Below, in pieces: positions 41,583 to 52,321 of a stretch of 64,000 bases of DNA. The stretch's first letter is position 1. Every line of letters begins with the position of its first letter. Below the pieces are notes generated by a model. It did no database searches. It was not told the DNA's origin and saw nothing but the letters and a program-made list of their open reading frames with translations. Position numbers and translations under genes: made by a program. The stretch spans positions 160,001 through 224,000 of the forward strand of contig CAWJMT010000037.1 of NCBI GenBank assembly GCA_963844035.1, given 5' to 3'. This stretch comes from an uncultured Gemmatimonadales bacterium (GTDB taxonomy: Bacteria > Gemmatimonadota > Gemmatimonadetes > Gemmatimonadales > GWC2-71-9).

Positions 41583-42754
41583 TCAGCCCGTTCCCACCGC
41601 GCACTGGTTGGGTCCCGCCTCGGCCGCTTCCAGTTCCTCACCGTCCAAATCGAGCAACCCCAGGTTGACCAGCTTCAGGGTGCGGTAGATCTCCGGGGGC
41701 GGGGCATCGTGCTCCGCCAGCCAGCGCCAGAAACGCTCCCTCATCTAAGACCGCCGCGGCCGTGTTGGTCGCGCGGATCACGTCGAAACGGGCCCCGACG
41801 CGTGCGGTCGGGCCGTCGCTCGGACTCGGCGGCGTAGTGCGCCGGGAGCACGAGCAGATCGTCCGCCCAGCGGTGCCGCACCGCCTCGAGACTGCGCCAC
41901 AGGAGGCGTGCCCAGGCATCGCGCGCTCCGCCCAGGTCCGGGCGTCCCACCGATTGCACGAACATGAAGTCGCCCGTGAACGCGAGATCCTGGTCCGCCA
42001 GCAGCGCGATGCTTCCCAGCGTGTGTCCGGGAACGTGCTCGGCGCGCAGCGTAGCGCGTCCGAACGCGATGGTATCGCCCGCCGCCAGGGGCTGAAAGTC
42101 GAAACGCCCGTCGGTGCCGTCAAACGGCGAGCGGGCGTCTTCGGGGTGGAGGAAGTAGGGGACACCCCACCGCCGGGCGGCGGCCCGGGCGCCGCTGGCG
42201 TAGTCGGCGTGCATGTGCGTGTCGATCACCGCGGCAGGAGTGGCGCCGAGCCCGTCCAGCACCGCTTCGTAGCGCTCGAGATGCCTCCCGGGATCGATCA
42301 GCACCGCGTCGCGGTCGCTCGCGAGTACGTAGCTGAGCGCACGCTTGCCGACGCGGTCGAACTGTACGACGTGCTCGAGGGTTGGGGTGGGGGACAGGCT
42401 CCGCGGGATGTACACGGCATCCCACGCCGCGAGGCCCCCGGCCACTGAGTACGCGTCTACGCCCTTCTCCCGCAGCAGCGCCATCGTCCGGCTGCTCGAG
42501 TTGCCATGTCCGCACACCACGAACACCTCCCGGCGCGTATCGAGGCCGAGGATGTCGAGCGACGGCAGACGCTCGATTTGCGACGCGGGCAAGGTGTGAA
42601 AGTCCAGCTTGTCCCCGAAGGTGATGTGGCCGCGGGCGACGCTGGCCGGGGATCGCACGTCCAGGACTTGGACCGGTTCGCCGCGATCGAGTCTTCGCGC
42701 GAGTTCGTCGGCGGGAATGTCGTGCGCCCCCGTCTCACCAGACCGCGGCTTCAC
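41583..42754 (-). CDS. Rhodanese + metallo-beta-lactamase-fold protein (persulfide dioxygenase/YrkH-like); 3' frameshifts
   Basis: VLDVR, VVCGHGNSS, DTHMHADY, PGHTLGS, FTGD...GRPDLGG, LPAHY, C-terminal GPNQCA. Confidence 0.85.
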
Positions 42755-45463
42755 TGGACCGCCGGTTGTTCAGGTGCCGGCTTGGGCCGCCACCGCGCGC
42801 AGGGTCCGGCGATCTCCGGCAGCGCGACCTGGTCCACATAGCCGATGAGTGCGGCGAACGTGCCGCATGCTGCTTTCGCTCGCCCGCTGTCTGCCGCGGC
42901 GGTCGCCACGCGCACCACCGCCAGCCGCAGGGGCCAGAGCGATGCGACCAGGTCGAGGGGCACGCTGAGGACGGCGTACCGGTGCGTGGCACGATCCCAC
43001 AGCGCGAGGGACCGGGCGGTGTCGTGCTGTGCGAGCGCCTGCCGCGCGGCGAGATCGAGGCTGAGGCTGGCGGGCAGCGGTGCACTGTCGGCCGCGAGGC
43101 GGCCCAACGCCGCGGCGTGGTCCCCTCGGGCGCCGGTGGCAGCGAGCAGCCAATGCACGGTGGGATCCGGATCCCGGATTGTCGCCGCGGCGGCGAGCCG
43201 GGCGGCCGCGGCGCGCCAGTCGCCGAGTGCGGGGAGGCCCGTCGCCTGCGCGAGCACGAGCCACGAGTCACGCTCGTGGTCGGCCCATGCGCCCGTGGCG
43301 CGTCCGAGCCGCGCGCGGGCGCTGTCCACCCACCCCGCGCGGAGATCCGCAGCCACGCCCATGCGCAGCGCGGTCGCGCGCTCCTGGTCTGTCCCGGCGC
43401 GCTGCTCGAGCGCCCGCAGCACGCGGCGTGCCGAGCCCCGGCGCTGCTCCTCCGTCCCAACCTGAGCCGCCTGAAACGCGAGAAACTCGAGCGCCGTGAA
43501 GCTGTGCTGGTCCACGTGCTTGAGTAACCCGGCGCGGTCGCTGAGCGTGCCGAACACGAGGGTGTCGGCGAGGGCGATCACCTCTGCCACCACGGAGGTC
43601 GAGTCGGTGCTCAGGTATTCGCGGATCAAGTGTTGCGTTTCCCGCTTGTCCTCGCGCAGCAGGTAGGTGAGAGAGACCAGGTGCAAAATCGCCGGCGCGA
43701 ACCGGCGGTCGAGGTCGAGCACGCGCCCGAAGGCGTTCAGCGCCTCGGCTTGCGGCTGATCGAACAGGTTGCCGAAGTGGTACACGAACTCCCCTTGAAC
43801 CAGCCACGCCAGGATGTAGTCCGGCGCCCGCTCGGTGGCGCGCTTGAAACGTTCGGCCGCTTCCCAGCCGTTGCCGCGTTGCACGAGCAGGCGAAACCCC
43901 TCGAGCAGCAGGCTGTCCACCGGCGAGAGGCCCGACTGATGGCTCCACGCTCCGGCGAGCGCGGCACCGAAGCCCGCTTCGGACGGGTCCACCTGGGCGG
44001 CCACGAGCGCCAACCGCAGGCGCGCCATGGCGAATCCCGAGTCGGCTTCGGTGACGCGCTGGTATCCCTCCTGGGCGGCACGGTAGTTACCGCTGCGAAA
44101 CGCTTCCTCGGCGTTGAAGAACGCCGCGATCGCTTCCTTACCACGTGGTATCGTGCCATAGGCGTTGGGGGCGAAGTCGGGCAGGATCTTTGCCCACACA
44201 CGGTCCATGACGTCCGACACCGCCCCGACCGGCCCCGATGCCGTACCGCTGCGCCTGACTTTGCTGTTCGAGGCGCTGTACAGCGTGGCGGTGATGGTCA
44301 CGGTCGCCGTCCGTGAACGCCACGCTGCCCTGGAGGAAGTACGTGGCGTGGAGCCGCTTGGCCACGACCTCCGCTTCACCGTTCGAGACCGGCTCCGAGC
44401 CAACTTGCGCGACGAGCTTTCCGAACGACACGACCTCGGCGAGCCCGGGAACCGGACTGAACCGGGAAATGAAGTACGTCGGCAGCTGGGTCGGCGGGTA
44501 GGGAGGCGTGCCCAGGACGGTGAAGGGCATCACCACGAGCGTCGGGACCGTCGACACGGGCGACCCCCAAAACCTGAGCACCAGGCCCGCTGCGATCGAC
44601 GCTGCGACCGCGGCGGCCACCGGCCAGCGAAACCAGCGACGGTGCGGCGCGTGCTCGAGCGGGGCGAGCCAGGCGAGGGCTGTGGGGGGGCGATCCGTCG
44701 GCGCCACTGCCAGCGGGGCCACGATCGCGCCGGCCTGCGCCGCGCTCAGCGCCGGCTGCGCGGCCCGGAGGGTGCGCGCCAGCGCCGGCAGGTCGGTGTC
44801 TAGAAACATCGGCCGCTTTCCGGTCAGGGCCTCGAACGCGACGACGGCCAGCGCGTACAGGTCTGCCCGTCCGTCCAGCTCGGCGCTGCCGGCCATCTGC
44901 TCGGGCGCCATATAGGCCGGCGTGCCTATCGGGCTTCCGGTCGCGGTCAGCGAAGACGTGCCATCCTCCGCCACGCGGGCGATGCCGAAGTCGGCGAGCA
45001 ACGCCCGGCTCGTACCCTCTTCGATCAGGATGTTGGACGGTTTCACATCCCGATGGACGATGCCCCGCTCGTGCGCGAAGTCGAGTGCGGCGCCTACCTC
45101 ACTCAACACGCGGCGCACCATCGAGAGGTCCACTGCCTCGCGCGCCAACACTTCTTCGAAAGTGCGCCCGGGGACGAAGGGCATGATCAGGAAGGTGATG
45201 CCCTTGCGCGTGTCGAATTCGTAGACCGGTACAATGTTGGGATGGGACAGCGAGGCGGCGAGTGCGGCTTCGCGCTTGAAACGGGCCTGGCGCATTTCGC
45301 TGGCCGCGATGACGGGGGGGAGCACCTTGATCGCGACCATGTGCCCCAGGGCGCGATGGCGCGCGCGATATACGGCGCCCATTCCGCCCGCGCCGACAAG
45401 GGCCAATACCTCATACCGTTCTCCGACCGCGCGCTGAACGTCGTCGGGGGGAGGTGTCTTCAT
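42751..45463 (-). CDS. Hanks-type Ser/Thr protein kinase with TM segment and TPR-like sensor domain; frameshift near 44315
   Basis: VGAGGMGAVY, VAIKVL, HRDVKPSN, DFGIA, GTPAYMAPEQ; helical repeat C-terminus. Confidence 0.92.
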
Positions 45464-45522
45464 GTGGTCCCGAATCTACGGGTGCTTGCCGCGGGACGCA
45501 TCGGCTCCGATAATCGAGTGCT

Positions 45523-47424
45523 ATGCCCACTCCCAGCGGTGCCTACTGCCGTGTCCTCGGTCCGGCGCGCCTGACGATCAACGGCGCGGACGCGCCGCCC
45601 GAGATTCTCTGGCGCAAGCACCTCGCCTTGCTCGTGTACCTGGCACGCAGCCCGCGTCGCGGGCGGACGCGCGAGCATTTGCTGGGCCTCCTGTGGAGTG
45701 ATCGCGACGAGCGCCAGGCGCGCCACTCTTTGAGCGAGGCGCTGCGCGTCATGCGCCGTACGCTGGGGGACGACGCCGTGCAAGTCGACGTAGATCAAGT
45801 CCGCCTCCACGCCGACGCGGTGACGCTCGACAGCGACGTGCTCGCTGAGCGCTGCGCTCGGGAGGACTGGGCGGGCGCAGCTGCCCTCGTCGAGGGCGAG
45901 TTCCTGGAGGGGCTCTCGCTTCCCGAAGCGAACGAGTTCGAGAATTGGCTGACCGGCGAGCGGGCCGAGTGGAACGGACGGAGCGTGGGAGCGATCGTGC
46001 GGCACGCCGAATCCCTGCTGGCCGCGGGTGACACTGTCGTGGCGGCGGGGGAGGCGCGGCGCGCACTCGCGCTCGATCGCACGGCGGAGCCGGCAGCGCG
46101 CGCGCTAATGCGAGCGCTCGCCCTGATGGGCGACCGGGCTGGAGCGCTGCGCGTCGCCGATGAGCTCACCCGCGCCATCGCCGACGGCGTGGGCGCTGCG
46201 CCGTCTCCGGAGACGGCGCGCCTGGCCGAGCGAATCCGCGAGGCGCGCGTCGGCCGTCGCGTCGCGGCGGCGGTGCCGGCGGCTCGACCTCGCCCGCCGC
46301 TGGTTGGGCGGACAACCGAGTTGACCGCCCTCGGTGTTGCATGGAGCCGCAGCCGTGCCGGTGAAGGCCAAGTTGTTCTCATCGAAGGCGAGCCTGGAGA
46401 AGGGAAGTCACGACTGCTCGATGAGCTCGTGGCGCGTGCACGGCTCGATGACGCCACCGTGGCGGTGGCACGCGCGGTGCCCGCGGATCGCGCCGTCGCG
46501 TGGAGCGGGCTCGCCGGCCTGCTCGCTGGTGGCCTCGCGGATGCCCCCGGGCTCGCGGGAACGGCGCCCGCCGCCCTCGCCGCGCTCGCCACACTCGATT
46601 CCGACCTTGCGGCGCGCGCCGGTAGCGGGTCCTCGGGCGCCCTCGCGATGCCCGCTGCCCTGTCCGCCGCGGTCAGCGCCGCGGCCGAAGAACGCCCTTT
46701 GCTCCTTGCCCTGGACGATGCCCAGTGGCTCGATCCCCAAACTCTGGCGCTGTTGCCCGGCCTGGCGCGCGACACCGCGCGGGGGCCGGTGCTACTCGCA
46801 CTCGGCGTGACGCGGGGCGCACCCGATGACGCTCGGTTTGACGAACTTCGCGGCCGCCTCCAGCGCGACCTCCAGGGCAGCGTTGTGCGCCTGGGTCGCC
46901 TCGACGAGGCGGCGCTTCGTGCGCTCATCGTTTGGGCCCTGCCGCAGTACCGTCCTGAAGATGTCGATCGGTTGCTGCGACGCCTCGAGCGTGACACCGC
47001 GGGGCTGCCGCTGCTCGCCGTGGCGATGCTCGAAGCGGTGGCGCAGGGGTTTCAGATCCAACCGGACGCGCCGGCGTGGCCGGCGGCGCAGCGCACGCTC
47101 GTGGACTCGCTCCCCAACGACCTCCCGCCGGCGGTGGTAGGGACGATCTGCCTGCGGTTCCGGAATCTCCCGCCGGAGGCCAAGCTGGTTCTCGGCGCGA
47201 CGGTGGCCCTGGCCGAGCGGGTCGAAGCGGCTGCCCTGGCCGCTGCTACGGGGCTCGACCCGCACGCGGTCGCGCACGCGCTCGATTTGCTCGAATGGGA
47301 GCGATGGGTGGCCGTCGACGCCCGGGGGTACATGTTGAGCACACCCGTTGTCGGTGCCATCTTGCAACAGGAGATGATCTCCCCCGGCCAGGCGCGCCGC
47401 TACCGTGCGGCCGCCAGGTCCTGA
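45523..47424 (+). CDS. SARP/BTAD transcriptional regulator with AAA ATPase domain
   Basis: LALLVYLA, GEFLEGL...FENWL, LVGRTTEL, Walker A GEPGEGKS, Walker B LALDDAQW. Confidence 0.9.
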   Translation: MPTPSGAYCRVLGPARLTINGADAPPEILWRKHLALLVYLARSPRRGRTREHLLGLLWSDRDERQARHSLSEALRVMRRTLGDDAVQVDVDQVRLHADAVTLDSDVLAERCAREDWAGAAALVEGEFLEGLSLPEANEFENWLTGERAEWNGRSVGAIVRHAESLLAAGDTVVAAGEARRALALDRTAEPAARALMRALALMGDRAGALRVADELTRAIADGVGAAPSPETARLAERIREARVGRRVAAAVPAARPRPPLVGRTTELTALGVAWSRSRAGEGQVVLIEGEPGEGKSRLLDELVARARLDDATVAVARAVPADRAVAWSGLAGLLAGGLADAPGLAGTAPAALAALATLDSDLAARAGSGSSGALAMPAALSAAVSAAAEERPLLLALDDAQWLDPQTLALLPGLARDTARGPVLLALGVTRGAPDDARFDELRGRLQRDLQGSVVRLGRLDEAALRALIVWALPQYRPEDVDRLLRRLERDTAGLPLLAVAMLEAVAQGFQIQPDAPAWPAAQRTLVDSLPNDLPPAVVGTICLRFRNLPPEAKLVLGATVALAERVEAAALAAATGLDPHAVAHALDLLEWERWVAVDARGYMLSTPVVGAILQQEMISPGQARRYRAAARS

Positions 47425-47492
47425 TGCGTCCTTGATGTTGGCTTGAACCCCCGGACGCACCGTGTCTCCGAACCTTCGAGCGAAGGAGACCG

Positions 47493-48914
47493 ATGCGCTC
47501 CCACGATGCACCCGACGCCCGTCGGGCCGTACTGATCCTGATCGACGGGGCCCGGCCCGATGTTCTCCAGACACTCCTCGACCGCGGCGATATGCCGCAT
47601 CTCGCTCGCTGGGTGATCGAACCCGGTGGGATCACGACCGGCACGACCGTATTCCCGTCGACCACCGGCGTTGCATACGTCCCGCTCCTCTTTGGACGCT
47701 ATCCCGGCGCGCTCGACATCCCGGGGATCCGGTGGCTCGACCGCGCGGGTGCCACCGGCGGTGTGCGCGAGCGGTGGCGCGCCGCCCGGAGCTACTGCGG
47801 TCCGCAGGCAGCGTGGATCAATCGCGACATCGCCCCTGCGGCTTCGGTGTTCGACCTGGTGGGCGAGAGTCTCGCGATCTGCACCCCGATTACGCGCGGA
47901 CTCCGTCCCGGTGCGCACCTGATGCCGCTCACGCGTGCCGCGCTCGGCGCGTCGGCTCACTACCTCGGCACGTACGGGCCGCTCGACCGCGCGGTTGCCG
48001 CGACATGGCTCGCCACGGCCGCACGGCCGTGGCGGTTCCTGTTCGTCGTGTTCCCCGGCCCCGACGGATTCACCCATCTCTACGACCCCTGGCATCCCAC
48101 CGTGCTCGACTCGTACCGCCACATTGATCGCGCGCTCGGGCGGTTCGTCGCGGCAGCGCGGCGCCACGGCGACCTGCCGGCGTTCTTCGTGGCTTCGGAT
48201 CACGGCGCGAGCGCCATGCCGGAGCATTGCGATATTGCCATGACCCTGGAGCGGTGGGGGGTGCCCACCATGCGGCATCCGCTGCATCTGTGGCGGCGCG
48301 GGGCGCAAGCGGCGGTCATGGTTTCGGGGAACGCATGCGCCCACGTGTACTTCCCCTCCGGAGACCGCGAGCTAGCCGAGCGCCTCACTCGCGCGCTGGT
48401 CGAGCTGCCGGCCGTGCGGCTCGGAGCGTTCCGCGACCCGCGCGGCGGCGTGATCGTGGCGCGGGGCGCACGCCGCGGGCGACTGTTCGAGCAGGGGAGC
48501 CGCATCGGGTACGAACCCTGGCTCGGCGATCCCCTCGGGTTGGGCAATGCGGATGTCCTGCTCGACGACCGCGACATGCTCGAGTGCTCGCGCGGTACCG
48601 ATCTGCCGGACGCCCCGCGACAGATTCTCCAGCTTTTCCGATCGGCGCGGGCCGGCGATCTCGTGCTGGCCGCGGCGCCCGGCGCCGACTTCCGGGGCCC
48701 CTGGGAAATTCCGGAGCACCGCTCGGGCCACGGCAGCCTGATCGCGGAGCACATGCAGGTCCCGATCGCCGCGAGCATCCCGCTCCCGCCAACGGCTCTG
48801 CGCACCGTCGATCTGATGCCTACGATCCTCGAGACCCTGGGGGTCGAGGCCCCCCACGATCTCGACGGCGTGCCGTTCTCGCGGCTGCTGGCAGTGGAAG
48901 GAGCGATCGTATGA
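47493..48914 (+). CDS. Alkaline phosphatase superfamily (type I phosphodiesterase/nucleotide pyrophosphatase) protein
   Basis: LIDGARPD, TVFPSTT, PDGFTH, ASDHG, SGHGSL. Confidence 0.88.
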   Translation: MRSHDAPDARRAVLILIDGARPDVLQTLLDRGDMPHLARWVIEPGGITTGTTVFPSTTGVAYVPLLFGRYPGALDIPGIRWLDRAGATGGVRERWRAARSYCGPQAAWINRDIAPAASVFDLVGESLAICTPITRGLRPGAHLMPLTRAALGASAHYLGTYGPLDRAVAATWLATAARPWRFLFVVFPGPDGFTHLYDPWHPTVLDSYRHIDRALGRFVAAARRHGDLPAFFVASDHGASAMPEHCDIAMTLERWGVPTMRHPLHLWRRGAQAAVMVSGNACAHVYFPSGDRELAERLTRALVELPAVRLGAFRDPRGGVIVARGARRGRLFEQGSRIGYEPWLGDPLGLGNADVLLDDRDMLECSRGTDLPDAPRQILQLFRSARAGDLVLAAAPGADFRGPWEIPEHRSGHGSLIAEHMQVPIAASIPLPPTALRTVDLMPTILETLGVEAPHDLDGVPFSRLLAVEGAIV

Positions 48915-49630
48915 GCCCCCTCGTCCGCGTCTTGTCCCGGCGGCGGGGCACTCCCGAATGGGACGTCGTCTTGCGCGCCACCGGCGTGCTCGCTGTGCTC
49001 GCCATCTATCCCGCCCTGCACTGGCCGAGCGTTGCGGGAATTCTCGGCTTCTTGTGTCTGACGTTGTTCGTGAGCGGGCCGATCTCCGTGGTGCTGCCGG
49101 CTGCGTTCGAGCCGATGCTCATGGTGGCGGGCCGGCTCTACCCACCGCTCCTCGTGGCGCTGGTGGCGGTCGCCGGCAATCTCTACATGGACTACATCAA
49201 CTACCACCTGTACGGCGCGGCGCTGCACCACCCCCGCCTCGAGCGCGCGCGTAACTCCCGGCTCGTGCAGCGCTTGCTGGCGCTGTTTCAGCGGCGGCCG
49301 TTCTTTGCCGTGTGGCTGTGCTCGTGGAGCCCGATTCCGTACTGGATTGTGGCGGCGCTCGCGCCGCTGTCGCGTTACCCGATGACGAAGTTCCTGCTGG
49401 CAACGTTGCTCGGGCGGTTCCCCCGCGTCTGGTTTTTCGCGGCGATCGGGCTAGTGGTGCCCGTGGACACGCGAACGCTGGTCCTGTATGTGGTCGCGGC
49501 CATCGCGGTGGGCCTCGTCATCGTGACTTACCAGCGCCACCGTGCCGCCCTGGCGCGGTCAGCGTCTCTGGTGACAGAACGGCGGTTGCTCGTGTCGGAC
49601 AGCATGGCGGAGGAGGGCTTGGTGACCTAA
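48911..49630 (+). CDS. DedA/VTT (SNARE-associated) membrane protein
   Basis: ATGA overlap; hydrophobic; SPIPY and FLLATLLGRFPR motifs. Confidence 0.75.
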   Translation: MSPLVRVLSRRRGTPEWDVVLRATGVLAVLAIYPALHWPSVAGILGFLCLTLFVSGPISVVLPAAFEPMLMVAGRLYPPLLVALVAVAGNLYMDYINYHLYGAALHHPRLERARNSRLVQRLLALFQRRPFFAVWLCSWSPIPYWIVAALAPLSRYPMTKFLLATLLGRFPRVWFFAAIGLVVPVDTRTLVLYVVAAIAVGLVIVTYQRHRAALARSASLVTERRLLVSDSMAEEGLVT

Positions 49631-49653
49631 GGACTCCCTGTTACCATTGCTTC

Positions 49654-50730
49654 GTGCTGCGACCGATCTTTTGGTGTTCGGGACTCCTGCTGCTCGCTGC
49701 GATCCCCGAGCCCCGCCCCCGGCCCGACCACGTGCACCCCGCCGCCGCCGCGCGGGCGTTCGTGAGCCGCGAGAAGGGCGAGATCATCATCGAGCTTGCC
49801 CCGGTGGACCTGCCCGCGAACGCCCCGCACGTGTTCCCGCCCATCGCGATCCTCCCGTTGCCCGCCAGCGGCTCGTTATACGGGTTCCGCGTGGAGATGG
49901 TGGACAGCGTCGGCCGCCAGCTGCCGTCGGAGCTGATCCACCACTTCAACTTGATCGACCCGGATCACCGTGAGCTGTTCTTGCCGATCTCCCGCCGCAT
50001 GGTCGCCGCGGGGAAAGAGACCGGGAGCAAGCAGATTCCTTGGCTGCTGTTTGGCTTCCCGGTCCAACGAGGCGAGCGGGTGCTTGCGAGCGCGATGCTC
50101 GCCAACCCGACCGGTGTGTCCTACCGCCAGGCCCGGTGCCGGCTGGTGCTGTTGTACACGCCGGTGAGCCGGCCGTGGCCGCTGTTCAACGCCGAGCCGT
50201 TCCAGATGGACGTCGCGTTTCCGGTGGGTGATAAGTCGTTCGACTTGCCCCCCGGGAGCTTTGCGCGCTCCTACGACGGGAGTCCGGCGGTCCCGGGCAA
50301 GATCGTGGCGATCGGGGGCCACGTGCACGAGCTCGCGCGGCGTCTCGAGTTCGTGGACCTGACGAGCGGCGACACCATCTATTCCGCTGCGCCGATGACC
50401 GACTCGGCGGGCAACATCGTCGGAGTTCCCGTCGCGTACCTGTACGGCGTTACCCGGCTCGGGGCCCGTATTGTCCCGACGCACCGCTACCGCGTGACCG
50501 TGCACTACGAGAATCCCACCGGTCAGGTCATTCCCAACGGCGGCATGGGCGTCGTGGGTGGTTTGTTCGTTCCGGATCGCGGGACGCACTGGCCGGCCAC
50601 CAATCCCTCCGATTCCCTGTACGCCAAGGACCTGCGGCACGCGATGCGACAAGTCGCGGGTCCGGGGATGATGATGGGCCACTCCCATTCATCGATGCAC
50701 CAGCACGGTGCGCCGAATCACAAGCACTAG
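49654..50730 (+). CDS. Secreted protein with a PHM/SURNod19-like copper-ligand pattern and His/Met-rich tail
   Basis: Signal peptide; LIHHFNL, IGGHVHE, NGGMG; tail MMMGHSHSSMHQHGAPNHKH. Confidence 0.55.
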   Translation: MLRPIFWCSGLLLLAAIPEPRPRPDHVHPAAAARAFVSREKGEIIIELAPVDLPANAPHVFPPIAILPLPASGSLYGFRVEMVDSVGRQLPSELIHHFNLIDPDHRELFLPISRRMVAAGKETGSKQIPWLLFGFPVQRGERVLASAMLANPTGVSYRQARCRLVLLYTPVSRPWPLFNAEPFQMDVAFPVGDKSFDLPPGSFARSYDGSPAVPGKIVAIGGHVHELARRLEFVDLTSGDTIYSAAPMTDSAGNIVGVPVAYLYGVTRLGARIVPTHRYRVTVHYENPTGQVIPNGGMGVVGGLFVPDRGTHWPATNPSDSLYAKDLRHAMRQVAGPGMMMGHSHSSMHQHGAPNHKH

Positions 50731-50775
50731 GCCGCGCCGCCTCGCTTTCGTTTCCACCCGCCTGCGGGAGTTCTG

Positions 50776-51501
50776 ATGAGCGGGGCCGCCGTGGTGCTGT
50801 TCGACTTCGGCGGGACCCTCGACGCGGACGGCATTCACTGGGCTCCGCGGTTCCATGCGGCGTATCGCACCGGCGGTGGGACCGTCGATTACCCGGCATT
50901 TGAGCTGCTCTATCGCACCGCCGACCATGCGCTCGCCGGTCAGGCGGGGATCCGCACGCGGGGATTCCGCGAGGTGATCGAGCTGCAGACGCAGCTCGTG
51001 CTCGCGCTGCTCCCGGATGGCGCGAACATAGACGCCGCACAGGTGGCCGGCACCTTCCATCATGATGCGCTGGCGGTGGTGGCCCGCAACCGTCCGATCT
51101 TGGAGCGCCTCAGCGCGCGCTACCGGTTGGGGGTGGTGTCGAACTTCAGCGGCAACCTCGAGCCATGTCTGCAGGAGCTCGATCTGCGACGCTACTTCTC
51201 GGTGGTCGCGGACTCCGCCGTCGTAGGGCTTACGAAACCGGATTTCCGGATTTTTGCCGGCGCATTGAGCGTACTCGATGCGCCCGCCGCAGGCGCCTGG
51301 ATGGTGGGAGACAACTTCGAGGCCGATATCCGCCCGGCGACCGAGTTGGGGATGTTCACCTGCTGGCTGGGACCGCTCGAGCGACCGCTCCCCATGCGGG
51401 CGGTCCCTACCGTGCGTATCGCGCGCTTCTCGGACCTGGAGGAAGCACTGCAGGTGGACGCCGGGTCGCGGCCGCCCGATCCCACCACACACCGCGGTTG
51501 A
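50776..51501 (+). CDS. HAD-family hydrolase
   Basis: LFDFGGTLD, VVSN, KPDFRIF, MVGDNFEAD. Confidence 0.9.
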   Translation: MSGAAVVLFDFGGTLDADGIHWAPRFHAAYRTGGGTVDYPAFELLYRTADHALAGQAGIRTRGFREVIELQTQLVLALLPDGANIDAAQVAGTFHHDALAVVARNRPILERLSARYRLGVVSNFSGNLEPCLQELDLRRYFSVVADSAVVGLTKPDFRIFAGALSVLDAPAAGAWMVGDNFEADIRPATELGMFTCWLGPLERPLPMRAVPTVRIARFSDLEEALQVDAGSRPPDPTTHRG

Positions 51502-52321
51502 GCGAGATCATCACCGCGGCCGCCACGAGGATTCCGCAGAGGGCGTCTACGCCGTAGTGGAACTGGCCGTACACCACCCCCAGGACGAGGCCGGTGGTGA
51601 GCGGCGCGAGCGCGAGCCCGAGCGGGCGCCAAAACCGCAGGGCGCACACGGTGGCGACCAGGGACGCGGCGACATGCGACGACGGAAACGCCGCTCCCCA
51701 CGAATCCGCCCCGTTGAGCAGCCACTGCGCCGCGCGCGCCGGCCAGACTTCGGTCGCCGCATTGTGCGCCAGGGGGAACGCGTAGCGCGGCCCCGTCACG
51801 GGAAAGAAGAGGGACACGAGGTAGCAGAAGTAGAGCGTCGTCATGATGGCGAAGATCGTGAGCCGCGCCCCTTCGCGCCGGCCGCTCGCCCACTGGCCGA
51901 GCGGTGCCGCAACCAGGATCGCGAAGTACGACAGGTAGCAGGAGTGGAGTACCGAGGAGAGCAGGGGATTCGGCATCGCGCGGATCCAGCGATAGGACAC
52001 CTGCATTCCGAACACCATCTGCTCGAGCTCCTGGATCGCGGCATCGTGGTGATGTCCGAAGCCCAGATTGAGCACGCCGATCTCCGCATACAGCGCGGTC
52101 ACCATGATGATGGAATACCACTCGGCCATGAACTGCCCGAACGGGCCGGCCTGGCGCAGGCGGGGCGCAAGCAGCACTACGCTGACCACCAGGACGTGGG
52201 CGGTGAGCAGCCACGCCGCGGCGCGGTCGGCGCGGCCGAACAGGAGCAGGGCCGTCGTCGTGCCGGTCACGTACAGCAGCGTGGCGATGTCGATCGGAGC
52301 GAACCGCCTGGCGAGGTTCAC
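51407..52321 (-). CDS. PAP2/Aur1-like (inositol-phosphorylceramide-synthase-like) membrane phosphotransferase/phosphatase
   Basis: Multi-TM; CYLSY, FPVTGPR, AAFPSSHVA, GQFHYGVD; GTG start overlaps the upstream stop; 3' end uncertain. Confidence 0.8.
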   Translation of the reverse strand: MNLARRFAPIDIATLLYVTGTTTALLLFGRADRAAAWLLTAHVLVVSVVLLAPRLRQAGPFGQFMAEWYSIIMVTALYAEIGVLNLGFGHHHDAAIQELEQMVFGMQVSYRWIRAMPNPLLSSVLHSCYLSYFAILVAAPLGQWASGRREGARLTIFAIMTTLYFCYLVSLFFPVTGPRYAFPLAHNAATEVWPARAAQWLLNGADSWGAAFPSSHVAASLVATVCALRFWRPLGLALAPLTTGLVLGVVYGQFHYGVDALCGILVAAAVMISLNRGVWWDRAAATRRPPAVLPPGPRSARYAR

